From Candidatus Omnitrophota bacterium (GTDB lineage: Bacteria; Omnitrophota; Gorgyraeia; Zapsychrales; JANLHA01), in the NCBI GenBank assembly GCA_029560465.1, contig JAKQKX010000045.1, positions 24,260 to 88,259 of the forward strand: DNA of 64,000 nt, given 5' to 3'. The translations under genes were made by a program, and so were the position numbers. Positions 32,063 to 41,498 of this stretch are shown one piece after another (within the stretch, counting starts at the first letter, position 1; every line of letters begins with the position of its first letter). The notes under the pieces are model-generated. The model was not told where the DNA came from. It made no database searches and saw only the letters and a list, made by a program, of their open reading frames with translations.

Positions 32063-32890
32063 TTAGCGGGTCTTTAACCGTTCCTTCATCTGTTCGACTA
32101 ATGAATAGGGGATTTTCAGTTTACCAATATACGTATGGTTCTTATGCCGGCCGTGCGCGTCCGAACCGCCAGTCTTAAGCAAGCCGTGTTTATCCGCTTT
32201 CCGCTCATAATACTGCGTAATCGTTTCATACGTGTGCGGATAATAGACCTCCAACCCGTCCAACCCTTCCCTGACAAAACGGGGGATCAAATGATCGACA
32301 TTCGTCACCATCGGGTGAGCGAGCACCGCCAAGCCCCCGGCCTGATGAATAAGGTCTATCGCGTCCTGCACTTTCAACCGGCTTTTTTTCACATACGCCG
32401 GAGCGCCTTCCCCGAGATACTTCGCAAACGCCTCCCGATGGTCGGCGGCCCATCCTTTACGGATCAGCAGTTGAGCGAGGTGCAAACGGCCGACGACGTC
32501 CGCTTTGGTCTGCGCGTCGACTTCCTCAAACGTGATATCATGGATTCCTAACGAAGCCAGTCTTTTCAGCATAAGGTGAATGCGTTCAATCCGGATGTCC
32601 TGAAAATGCCGCAAAGCCGAAAGCAAGGCGCTGTTCTGACAGTCAATAAAATAACCCAGGATGTGAATATCCCGGTTTTCTTCCTCGCTGGACAACTCCA
32701 CCCCGGAAATGATTTCGACATTGGTCTGAAGGGCGAGATCCCTGACCGGCTGAATTCCTTCCACCGTATCATGATCCGTGACCGCGATGCCGTCCAGGCC
32801 CGCGGCCACCGCGTGTTGCAACACTTCTTCCGGAGTATAGGTGCTGTCGGAATAATACGTGTGAATATGAAGATCTGCGGACCGGGTCAC
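32063..32890 (-). CDS. PHP-domain metal-dependent phosphoesterase
   Basis: LHIHTYYSD...AVTDHD PHP motifs; 275 aa. Confidence 0.8.
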   Translation of the reverse strand: MTRSADLHIHTYYSDSTYTPEEVLQHAVAAGLDGIAVTDHDTVEGIQPVRDLALQTNVEIISGVELSSEEENRDIHILGYFIDCQNSALLSALRHFQDIRIERIHLMLKRLASLGIHDITFEEVDAQTKADVVGRLHLAQLLIRKGWAADHREAFAKYLGEGAPAYVKKSRLKVQDAIDLIHQAGGLAVLAHPMVTNVDHLIPRFVREGLDGLEVYYPHTYETITQYYERKADKHGLLKTGGSDAHGRHKNHTYIGKLKIPYSLVEQMKERLKTR

Positions 32891-33345
32891 TTCTGCTCTT
32901 TAAGAAGAACCACTTCGGTTTTATGAATTTTATCCAGGATGCCGTTAACAAATTTGCTGGATTCCAGATCCCCGAATTTTTTGGCTAATTCCACGGCTTC
33001 ATTGATCGTGACTTTGGGAGGGATATCCGGGGCATAAAAAAACTCAAACACGCCAAGCCTTAACACATTGCGGTCAATGGTGGCCATCCGCTTCAGCTGC
33101 CAATTGGTCGCGTAATGGGCGATTTTTTTATCAATCTCTTCCATCTCCCGGTTGACGCCGTAAACCAGCCGGTTAGCGAATTCCCTGACATCCGCGTGCG
33201 TGTCTTCAGTCTCTTCCCAGAACTGCCGGACTTTCTGGTCGATCTCCTGGGCGGTCACGTCTTTCTGGTAAAGGATAATCAACGCGTATTCCCTGGCCAA
33301 AGATCTTTTACGCATACTGCTTTTATTGATCGATTCGTCATCCAT
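32887..33345 (-). CDS. nusB: transcription antitermination factor NusB
   Basis: 152 aa; REYALIILYQ NusB signature. Confidence 0.85.
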   Translation of the reverse strand: MDDESINKSSMRKRSLAREYALIILYQKDVTAQEIDQKVRQFWEETEDTHADVREFANRLVYGVNREMEEIDKKIAHYATNWQLKRMATIDRNVLRLGVFEFFYAPDIPPKVTINEAVELAKKFGDLESSKFVNGILDKIHKTEVVLLKEQK

Positions 33346-33785
33346 TAAATAGTCACCAAGGTTTGAACCATGTCCACGGCCACATCCGCCGCATCGCGGC
33401 CTTTGTGGTCTCCTTTGACATCGGAACGTTTATAAGCCTGATCCAGCGTTTCCGTCGTTAAAATTCCGAAAACGACTGGCTTGCCGGTTAAAAGAGAAAC
33501 ATCCAGGATCCCTTTCGCCGCATTTTCGGCCACAAGCTCAAAATGATACGTTTCCCCCCGGATCACCGCACCGAGGCAGATCACAGCCGCGGTCGATTGT
33601 TTGCGGGCCGCTTTCAGGGCGGCGACAGGGATTTCAAAAGCACCGGGAACCCACACGACACGCACGGCCTTCCCACAAACCCCGCGTTTCTGCAGTTGTT
33701 CCATACATCCGTCCAGCAAACGCTGGGTAATCATCTCATTAAAATGTGAAACAATGATAATATAATTTTTCTTCGCCGCCGCCAT
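33345..33785 (-). CDS. ribH: 6,7-dimethyl-8-ribityllumazine synthase RibH
   Basis: 146 aa; IIVSHFNEMIT...GAFEIP motif. Confidence 0.9.
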   Translation of the reverse strand: MAAAKKNYIIIVSHFNEMITQRLLDGCMEQLQKRGVCGKAVRVVWVPGAFEIPVAALKAARKQSTAAVICLGAVIRGETYHFELVAENAAKGILDVSLLTGKPVVFGILTTETLDQAYKRSDVKGDHKGRDAADVAVDMVQTLVTI

Positions 33786-33830
33786 AATTTATTAAAACAC
33801 CCTAAGAAACACCACCGTCGCCGTGGCCTT

Positions 33831-35057
33831 TCATAAAAGGTGTCCCAGCTTTTCCTTTTTTGTTTTAAGATAATTCATATTGTCAGGCGTGTAAGGAACC
33901 TTCAGCGGAACCCGTTCCACCACTTTCAATCCATACCCTTCAAACCCGACAATCTTGCGGGGATTATTCGTTAAAAGGCGGATTTCCTTGACCCCAAGAT
34001 CCGCAAGAATCTGGGCGCCGATCCCGTAATCTCTTAAATCCGGAGCAAAACCCAGGGCTTCGTTCGCTTCCACCGTGTCCATCCCTTCATCCTGAAGGCG
34101 GTACGCCTTGATCTTGTTGATCAGCCCGATACCGCGCCCTTCCTGCCGCATATAAAGCAGGATCCCCGAACCATTCTCCTTGATCATCTTCATCGCGCCA
34201 TGCAGCTGCTCATTGCAATCACACCGCTGAGAACCAAACACATCCCCGGTCAGGCATTCAGACTGGACCCGGACCAGTTGCGGTTGCGACACATCAATAT
34301 CCCCCATGATCAGGGCCAGGTGAGCTTCCTTATCCAATTTTGACTCATAGCCGTACAAGCGAAACGTCCCGTAGCGGGTCGGAAGCTTCGCGTCGACGCA
34401 CCGGGAAACAAGCTGTTCGGAACGCCGGCGGTACTCAATCAAACTGGCAATAGAACACATTTTAAGGTTATGCTTTTGGGCGAACGCGCTCAACTCTTTC
34501 GTGCGCGACATGGTACCATCGTCATTCATAATTTCGCAGATAACACCCGCCGGGAACAATCCAGAGATTCTCATCAGGTCGACCGCGGCTTCCGTATGAC
34601 CCGCCCGGACTAAAACACCGCCTCTGCGGGCCCTTAAGGGGAACAGGTGCCCCGGGGTTTCCAGGTCAGAAGGGGTGGATTGGGGGGCAATCAAAACCTT
34701 AATCGTATACGCACGGTCATAAGCCGAGATCCCGGTCGTCACGCCCTTGGCCGCATCAACAGAAATAGTCCAGCCCATATGGCTGAACTGGTGCTGATGA
34801 TGGGAAAGGATATTATCTTTCATCGGATGAAGACCTAAGGCGTCCAGCCGGCTTTCTTCCATAGGAACACAAATGAGCCCTCGGGCATATTTGGCCATGA
34901 AATTAATAACTTCGGGAGAGGCGAATTGCGCGGCGCAGACAAGGTCCCCTTCATTTTCCCGGCCTTCATCATCCATCACGATGACCATGTTCCCCGCGCG
35001 AAGCTCTTCAATGATTTCCTCAATCGAATTAAACATGCCTTTTTCCTCTTTCGCCAT
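33831..35057 (-). CDS. ribBA: bifunctional 3,4-dihydroxy-2-butanone-4-phosphate synthase / GTP cyclohydrolase II RibBA
   Basis: Start [17 protein letters not shown] with RBS AAGGAT; DHBP synthase motifs (RENEGDL) and GCH-II zinc cysteines (CxxGxxxxSxRCDC). ORF track start 35162 is an over-extension. Confidence 0.9.
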   Translation of the reverse strand: MAKEEKGMFNSIEEIIEELRAGNMVIVMDDEGRENEGDLVCAAQFASPEVINFMAKYARGLICVPMEESRLDALGLHPMKDNILSHHQHQFSHMGWTISVDAAKGVTTGISAYDRAYTIKVLIAPQSTPSDLETPGHLFPLRARRGGVLVRAGHTEAAVDLMRISGLFPAGVICEIMNDDGTMSRTKELSAFAQKHNLKMCSIASLIEYRRRSEQLVSRCVDAKLPTRYGTFRLYGYESKLDKEAHLALIMGDIDVSQPQLVRVQSECLTGDVFGSQRCDCNEQLHGAMKMIKENGSGILLYMRQEGRGIGLINKIKAYRLQDEGMDTVEANEALGFAPDLRDYGIGAQILADLGVKEIRLLTNNPRKIVGFEGYGLKVVERVPLKVPYTPDNMNYLKTKKEKLGHLL

Positions 35058-35090
35058 AGTCTTATCTGAAATCCTTAAACCCCAAGATAT

Positions 35091-35116
35091 AAAAAACCCG
35101 AGCTTGGGCTCGGGAC
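35091..35116 (-). terminator. intrinsic terminator (riboswitch expression platform) immediately upstream of ribBA
   Basis: Minus strand GTCCCGAGCCCAAGCTCGGG + TTTTTT, about 30 nt before the ribBA RBS. Confidence 0.6.
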
Positions 35117-35217
35117 AATGACTTCGTGATAACTCAACGCTGGTACCGGAGAAACAACTCAAACGTTGAAAAACCTTATCATCAAAGCTCTCTCTCTTCT
35201 AGGCTCTCACATTCGTT

Positions 35218-35392
35218 TTTTCTCCGAACGTGTCCATGCCAGGCACGGAACTATTGGCTCAAGAATTGCTTTAAAAAGCTCACTTGCTCTGCCCCCATCT
35301 GGGGGGCTCGCAGGCTTACCGGTCTTTCCCCGGATCACTGCCAGCTTGGATTTTCACCCCGCCGTACTTTCATCGTACGGTTATCCCGAAAG
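35218..35392 (-). ncRNA. FMN riboswitch (RFN element) candidate
   Basis: The minus strand contains GGCGGGGTGAAAATCCAAGCTGGCAGTGAT (compare GGCAGGGTGAAATTCCCGACCGGCGGTAGTA), a CCGGGGAAAGACCGG hairpin, AAGCCTGCGAGCC, and AGCCAATAGTTCCGTGCCTGGCATGGACACG (compare AGCCGACAGTGAAAGTCTGGATGGGAGAAG). It lies between a promoter and a terminator upstream of ribBA. Confidence 0.55.
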
Positions 35393-35401
35393 CTTCTGTG
35401 T

Positions 35402-35430
35402 AATATATTCTAAAACAGCCAGGCTGTCAA
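35402..35430 (-). promoter_or_regulatory. sigma70-like promoter for the riboflavin operon (TTGACA-N17-TATATT)
   Basis: Minus strand TTGACA(35430..35425)-17 nt-TATATT(35407..35402), directly 5' of the riboswitch-like leader. Confidence 0.5.
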
Positions 35431-35455
35431 GCATTTACTGACAAAGAGCCCGACG

Positions 35456-36826
35456 TTAACGCCCCGCGCGCCTTCTCCCTCTCTGCTGCACCGCCCGGGA
35501 TACAGCCATAATTTCCGGGCTGTATTCAACCGGATAGACGCTGGGCCGCTCTAACCGCAGGAAACAGGACGGGATCGGGCGAAGGCTGTCCTCGGCACGG
35601 GTGCGGGCATCGGCAAGAGACGGCAAGGCCTTAAGCGGCCGGCCACGGCGGATCACCGGCGCAAGCAGGGGCCGGGCGTGGACAGGGGCGCTTTCCCCGG
35701 CTAACGTTATCATGTCTTTTTTAAGCTGCTGCTTGGCATCAAACATGCGATAAACCTGTTTCCTACCCGGGATCGTGTGCTTGCCGCAGCTAAGTTTGGC
35801 GGTATACGAAACAGTCCCCTGTTTTGTTTCCAACTGCACCAGCTTGTACGTTAAATCCAATGACGGAGCGTCCCCCGACACCACCATTTCTGTCCCAACC
35901 CCGAAAATATCGATCGGAGCCTTGTTTTTAACAAGTGTTTGAATTTTATACTCATCCAGGTTCCCGCTGGCGATAATTTTCACGTCCGAACGGCCGGCCC
36001 GGTCCAGGATGCGTCTGACCCGGACACTCAGCGCCAGCAAGTCCCCGCTATCAAGCCGGACCCCGCTGAACGCCTTTTTAAAAGCCGCGGCCCGGCGGAC
36101 CGCCTGAAGGGTGTTATACGTGTCCACAAGCAGAACGGTGTGACGGGGAAAAATATTCTGATAATTTCTAAACGCGGTTTCTTCATTATCAAAAGCCTGG
36201 ACCCAGGAATGGGCCATGGTCCCGAGAACCGGGATATTATACCGATGTCCTGCCAGGACATTGGACGTCCCAAGGCACCCCCCGACATAAGCCCCTCGGG
36301 CCGCCAACACCCCGGCCTCAGGGCCGTGCGCCCGGCGTGATCCAAAATCAATGACCGGACGGGCCGTCCCGTCATACTGTGCGGCACGGACGATGCGGGC
36401 CGCCTTGCTGGCCACCAAGGTCTGAATATTAATCATCGATAACAAGTAGGTTTCCAAAATCTGTGCTTCGATGATAGGGGCTTCAATCTGCAGGATCGGC
36501 TCATTGGCAAAACAGACTTCCCCTTCCGGCATCGCCCAAACATCCCCCGAAAACTTAAACGCCCTGAGATATTCAAAGAAACCCTTGGAAACGTTCTGAA
36601 AGACCGGCAGGGACTTCAGGTACTTGACCTCGGCCGTCGAAAATTTCAGCCGGGTGATATATTGAATGATATCCCGCAGACCGCAAACCAGCAAATAAGA
36701 GCGTTGATGGGGAAGCGTGTGGCAATAAAGTTCAAACGTGGCTTTGGGGTTGAACCGGTTCTCGAAATACCCGGCGGCCATTGTGAACTCATAGAAATCG
36801 GTCATCAACGCGAAACCGGCGTTCAT
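35456..36826 (-). CDS. pncB: nicotinate phosphoribosyltransferase PncB
   Basis: 456 aa; N-terminus MTDFYEFTMAAGYF is typical of NAPRTase. Confidence 0.9.
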   Translation of the reverse strand: MNAGFALMTDFYEFTMAAGYFENRFNPKATFELYCHTLPHQRSYLLVCGLRDIIQYITRLKFSTAEVKYLKSLPVFQNVSKGFFEYLRAFKFSGDVWAMPEGEVCFANEPILQIEAPIIEAQILETYLLSMINIQTLVASKAARIVRAAQYDGTARPVIDFGSRRAHGPEAGVLAARGAYVGGCLGTSNVLAGHRYNIPVLGTMAHSWVQAFDNEETAFRNYQNIFPRHTVLLVDTYNTLQAVRRAAAFKKAFSGVRLDSGDLLALSVRVRRILDRAGRSDVKIIASGNLDEYKIQTLVKNKAPIDIFGVGTEMVVSGDAPSLDLTYKLVQLETKQGTVSYTAKLSCGKHTIPGRKQVYRMFDAKQQLKKDMITLAGESAPVHARPLLAPVIRRGRPLKALPSLADARTRAEDSLRPIPSCFLRLERPSVYPVEYSPEIMAVSRAVQQRGRRRAGR

Positions 36827-36827
36827 A

Positions 36828-37409
36828 TCATCTCCCTGGGACCCCGTTATCCAGGATCTTCACTCCGGCGTTCTCCATCTGTAAAATGGCCCGCGCCGAA
36901 TCCTCCGGATTGACGTTAACCCCCCGGATAGCGTCCTTCAGGAGAAAAACCTGAAATCCCAAACGCGCGGCGTCAAGACACGTGGCCCTGACGCAATAAT
37001 CCGTGGCAAGGCCCCCGACATAAATCTCTTCCACCCGGCCGTCTTTCAAAATCTTTTCCAAGCGCCGACCCCGCGTGTCCGCGCCTTGAAAAGCCGAATA
37101 ACCGTCCTCGTCTCCGTCCCCCTTCGAAAGGATAACGGCCTCCTGGGGCAGGATAAGATCCGGATGAAATCGGGCGCCCCGCGTTTCCCGCACACAATGC
37201 ACCGGCCATATCCCGCCCTGTGTTTTGAAATGTTTTGTTTCTAAAGGATGCCAGTCTCTGGACAGGACGATCAGGCCTCCCGCCCGCTGAAACATCTCCA
37301 GGTACCGGTTGCATAGGGGGATAATTTTATCCCCGTCCGGGACGGGCAACGCCCCTCCGAGACAAAAATCGTTTTGGACGTCAACAAGAACGAGCGCTTT
37401 TCGCGGCAT
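36828..37409 (-). CDS. pncA: nicotinamidase / pyrazinamidase PncA (isochorismatase family)
   Basis: ALVLVDVQNDF, K and ATDYCV catalytic Asp/Lys/Cys; likely start MPRKALV. Confidence 0.85.
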   Translation of the reverse strand: MPRKALVLVDVQNDFCLGGALPVPDGDKIIPLCNRYLEMFQRAGGLIVLSRDWHPLETKHFKTQGGIWPVHCVRETRGARFHPDLILPQEAVILSKGDGDEDGYSAFQGADTRGRRLEKILKDGRVEEIYVGGLATDYCVRATCLDAARLGFQVFLLKDAIRGVNVNPEDSARAILQMENAGVKILDNGVPGR

Positions 37410-37529
37410 AGGGCCCCCTCCTTCCATTAAACGCTTCCTCAAGGACCACCGAATTGTTATCTATAAATATTTGGAAATTTCTACCGGGATAAAAAACCAG
37501 GGGGCTCAAAGAAAGGCCTTGGCTAAGGT

Positions 37530-37991
37530 TTAATGACTCTCTCTAATTTTCTTGATTAAACCGTCCAGTTCCCGCATCGCTTCTGTGATCAGTTCATCGG
37601 CTGCGGCGTCCATTAAAGACGGGGCTGCCAGCCCTGAAGGGCCGTCAGGAGAAGGAGGAGCGCCGGGGGACACAGCCGGTGGCTGGCCCGTAGGGGGCTC
37701 CTTTTCAGAATTGTATTCTTTCTCGAGCTCCTGTAAAATTTTCCGGGGATTACTTCCGAAATCCGTGTCCTGCCCTGGGGGCGAAGCCGTGGAGGGCAAA
37801 TTCTCGCCGGCCCCTCCGGCTTGAGGCGCCGGCAAAGGTCCTGGCTCCGGAACTTCTTGGCCCGAAGGGCTTTGATCACGAGGACTTTCTTCCGGTTTAG
37901 TTTCCGCCCCAGACTCCGAAGGCGTCTCCGGCGTCGAGGTGGCAACCTCATCCTTGGAATGATTCTGATTGTCCTGCTCTGAAGGAGTCAT
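37530..37991 (-). CDS. Pro/Ser/Glu-rich low-complexity acidic protein, unknown function
   Basis: 153-aa ORF, compositionally biased (PETPSESGAETKPEESPRDQSPSGQ...) with a short helical C-terminus (ELITEAMRELDGLIKKIRESH). Confidence 0.45.
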   Translation of the reverse strand: MTPSEQDNQNHSKDEVATSTPETPSESGAETKPEESPRDQSPSGQEVPEPGPLPAPQAGGAGENLPSTASPPGQDTDFGSNPRKILQELEKEYNSEKEPPTGQPPAVSPGAPPSPDGPSGLAAPSLMDAAADELITEAMRELDGLIKKIRESH

Positions 37992-38080
37992 AATCGGTCA
38001 TTTCTTTATTTTTTATTCTTAGTGTCATTATATACGGAATCCCCGCAGCGGGAAGAGAAAAAGAAAAAATATGCGAAAAG

Positions 38081-38893
38081 TTATTCCTTCTGTCCGCGTG
38101 GCTCTTCGGAATATGAACCATGCCGCTTGACCGTTTCCTCTCTATTGAGCGGGGAAACCGGCTTCTGCTGAAGCTCATAAACGGTTTTGACCGCCGGTGC
38201 GCAGCGGCTAAATATCGGTTTAATCGCGGCCAATTCTTCCGGAGAAAGCGGTTGACAGGGACTGGGCCGCAAAGGCGTGTTCAACTCAATTTCATCCAAC
38301 CCGATATCCCGCACGGCATCGGCGATCCGGGCCGCCTGGGACTTATTGTGGCGGGTAAACATGATCTGCCCAGCCAGCTTACGCAGATATTTCTTCCTAA
38401 ATTCCTTCATCCCGGCCAGGATCGCTTCAAAGGCCACCCCCGGCGCCGGGGCGTTCATCTCCTGGAGCGAGGCTTGATCAAACGCGTCCAGTTTGGCTAA
38501 AATAAAGTCGGCAGAGAGCAAATCTTCCTGGACATCAACACGGCCAATCAAAACGGCGTTGGTGATCACCCCTATGGGTTCTGTCCGGACCTCCCGAACC
38601 GCCCGGATCATGTCTCCTAAATTCTTCGCCAGAGTCGGTTCCCCCCGGCCGGAGAAAGTAATCACGTCCAGCTTTAAAGCGGCCGGGAGGGAAAGGACTT
38701 CTTCAATGACTTTGTCTACCGGGACAAAGACCTCCCGGGTGGAATAAAAATTTAATGTTGGGCCGAGTTGGCAGTACCGGCAGTTAAAATTACAGCATTT
38801 TTCCTGCGTGGATAACGGGTCGATCCCCAGCGACACACCCAGCCGCCAGGAATGGACCGGCCCGTAAATATATTGATATGACTGCGCGGACAT
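38081..38893 (-). CDS. radical SAM protein (CxxxCxxC) of unassigned subfamily
   Basis: YIYGPVHSWRLGVSLGIDPL...CNFNCRYCQLGP; likely start is the ATG at 38893 (the ORF track begins at TTG 38899). Confidence 0.8.
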   Translation of the reverse strand: MSAQSYQYIYGPVHSWRLGVSLGIDPLSTQEKCCNFNCRYCQLGPTLNFYSTREVFVPVDKVIEEVLSLPAALKLDVITFSGRGEPTLAKNLGDMIRAVREVRTEPIGVITNAVLIGRVDVQEDLLSADFILAKLDAFDQASLQEMNAPAPGVAFEAILAGMKEFRKKYLRKLAGQIMFTRHNKSQAARIADAVRDIGLDEIELNTPLRPSPCQPLSPEELAAIKPIFSRCAPAVKTVYELQQKPVSPLNREETVKRHGSYSEEPRGQKE

Positions 38894-38948
38894 GAGCAAA
38901 CCCCGTTGCTCCGGATCACCACAGAAGGTTTAGAGCCGGCGCTTCTTT

Positions 38949-40343
38949 CTAAACCTCAAAATAACCGAACATGAAAAAGACAACCAAAAAAGCGACAAAC
39001 AAGCTGACTAGCCCGATGAAGAGGCCGAGTTTCAGCCACTGGAAGAAATTCACTTTAATATTCTGGTCTTTCTCCATCAAGCCCAAGGCGACGATATTCG
39101 CCGTTGACCCGATCATCGTGATGTTCCCGCCGTAACACGCCCCGAACAAAAGCGACCACCACAGCGGTTTGAGATTAATATGCAAAACGGACAGACTTTT
39201 CACAACCGGGATATATGAGGCGACCGTGACGACGTTATCGAGCATGCTGGAAAGAATACCCCCCGTAAAAAGCACCATGCCGGACAAAAGACGGGGGGAA
39301 CTTCCAAAGGTCGCCACGATTTTCTGAGCGAAAAAATCGGCAATCCCTGTCGCCCGGATCACCCCGGCCTGCGCAAACAGGAACATAAAAAACAACAACG
39401 AGTTCCACTCAACCTCCTTCTCAACGTATTCCCGGGCTTTATCATGGCGGTAAAACATGACGACCCCAGCGGCAATGATCGGGATCATGATCAAGAGCGT
39501 GTTTTCCTGCAACCCCAAGAGCAGTTCCAGACGCTTGTGCAAAGCGATCAAGAAAATGGTGACGGCGAAAATCCCTATGCTTATTTTAGTCTTACGGTCC
39601 GCGGGGATGGAAATAAGGTACAGGAAACCCTTGTCTTTCTGATACTCCTTGAGAAGCTTTGAAAGTTTTCCAATGTAACGGCGATAGGCATACCCCAGGA
39701 TTGTCATCGAGACTAAAAGCACAAGCGCCGAAACCGGCAAAGCGTGCGAGAGAAAATCTTCAAAAGACAGGCTGCTGCGGGCGGCAATCAGGACGCCGAC
39801 CGGGTTCCCGAGAACCGTTGAAGCTGACCCGATATTGGTAGCCATAACCGAACACATCACCAACGGCAGCGGGTTGATTTCCAAAAACGTGCAAATATTG
39901 AGGATGACGGTCACCATCACAATGATCGAAGTGACCTCATCCATGACAGCCGAGAAAAGCGCTGAGGCGAGCATCAGAATAATAAACAGCTTTTTCCCGT
40001 CAAGGTTATTGACCCGTAACAGCACTGTAATCAACCAATAAAAAAACCCGGCCTCTTTCATCATCCCCACGATAATCATCATCGCGATCAAAAACAGGAT
40101 AACGTCCAGGGACGCAAACTGGATAAAATCCTCCAGGACGACCGCCTTGATAAGAAGGAAGACCCCGGATCCGACAAAGACAAAGCTTAAACGGAAATCC
40201 CAAAAAAACAAAGTCCCCAAGATCGACATCGAAAAAATCGCCAACACGGTGGCCTGTTGGGCCGTTAACCCGACAAGATACCCTCCATACCCCACAAGGG
40301 ATGAAATCAAACATAAGATAAAAAATTTTACTTTCATTGTCAC
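38949..40343 (-). CDS. ArsB/NhaD/CitMHS-superfamily ion permease
   Basis: 464-aa polytopic membrane protein with two repeated hydrophobic halves and a central hydrophilic loop, typical of ArsB/NhaD-type transporters. Confidence 0.75.
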   Translation of the reverse strand: MTMKVKFFILCLISSLVGYGGYLVGLTAQQATVLAIFSMSILGTLFFWDFRLSFVFVGSGVFLLIKAVVLEDFIQFASLDVILFLIAMMIIVGMMKEAGFFYWLITVLLRVNNLDGKKLFIILMLASALFSAVMDEVTSIIVMVTVILNICTFLEINPLPLVMCSVMATNIGSASTVLGNPVGVLIAARSSLSFEDFLSHALPVSALVLLVSMTILGYAYRRYIGKLSKLLKEYQKDKGFLYLISIPADRKTKISIGIFAVTIFLIALHKRLELLLGLQENTLLIMIPIIAAGVVMFYRHDKAREYVEKEVEWNSLLFFMFLFAQAGVIRATGIADFFAQKIVATFGSSPRLLSGMVLFTGGILSSMLDNVVTVASYIPVVKSLSVLHINLKPLWWSLLFGACYGGNITMIGSTANIVALGLMEKDQNIKVNFFQWLKLGLFIGLVSLFVAFLVVFFMFGYFEV

Positions 40344-40440
40344 ATCCTCTTTAAAATTTTGAGGTTCATAATATCACTAATGGGAAGAGATAACAAGAAA
40401 GAAATGCGGGGACAGAAAATTCCGGGGGACAGAAAAGTCC

Positions 40441-41497
40441 TTAACAAATACGGGGCAGCTGTTCTCCGGACAACATGTCCAAAACGCGCTCCACGCCAAT
40501 AGGGCTTAAAGAACACACCAGGCCCCGGGGATCAGGCCCGCGGACCCGACCGATCACCGCCGCCTGTTTTCCACAGGGATCGTCCCTTAGAACCGCGAGC
40601 GCCTGCTTGAGATGCGGCTCCGGGATAAACAGCACCAGGCGTCCTTCACAGGCGACATAAAGCGGGTCAAGCCCCAAAATTTCACAGGCGCCCCGCACAT
40701 CAGCCCGGACAGGGATTAGGTCCTCTTCTATTAAGAAATTTAAACCGGCCGCCTCCGCAATCTCATTCAAGGTGGCGCTCAAACCACCGCGTGTGATGTC
40801 ACGCAGACAATGAAGCGGGACGCCGGCCCCCATCAATTTCTGCACCAGCGTGGCCAGAGGCGCAGAATCGCTGGTAATTTCACTTTCATATTCCAGGCCT
40901 TCCCGGCTGGCCATGACCGCCATCCCATGCCGGCCGAGGTCCCCGTTGACCAGGATCAGGTCTCCCGGCCGGACCTCAAGAGGACTGATGACGGAATCAT
41001 GCTCCAAAACCCCGATGCCGGCTGTGTTAATATACACGCCGTCTCCTTTTCCGCGCTCAACAACTTTCGTGTCCCCCGTGACAATCTGCACGCACGCCTT
41101 TTGGGCCGCCGCGGACATCGAACGGGCAATGCGCACTAGGGTCTCCATGGGCAACCCTTCCTCAATAATAAACCCGGTGCTGATAAAAAGCGGCCGGGCT
41201 CCGGACATGGCCAGGTCATTCACCGTCCCGTAAACAGCCAAAGAACCAATATCTCCTCCCGGGAAAAAAAGCGGATGGACAACATAGGAATCCGTGGTAA
41301 AGGCCAGCCTCTGCCCCGGGCTCGCCAAAACGGCAGCGTCATGCCGGGTATCCAGCATAGGATTCTGAAACGCGGCATGAAAAACCCCACTGATCATTTC
41401 GTGCATCAACCGCCCTCCCCCACCATGCGCCAACAGGACATGTTGAGACTTCTTGAAAGGAATCGGACAAGCCGCGTTGAATCCACTGGAATCGCTG
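40441..41497 (-). CDS. hypE: [NiFe]-hydrogenase maturation carbamoyl dehydratase HypE
   Basis: AIR-synthase-like fold; HGGGG near the N-terminus. Probable TTG start overlapping the hypD stop (CTTGA), preceded by AAGGGGGG. The ORF track start 41688 would overlap hypD by 190 nt. Confidence 0.85.
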
Positions 41498-41498
41498 G

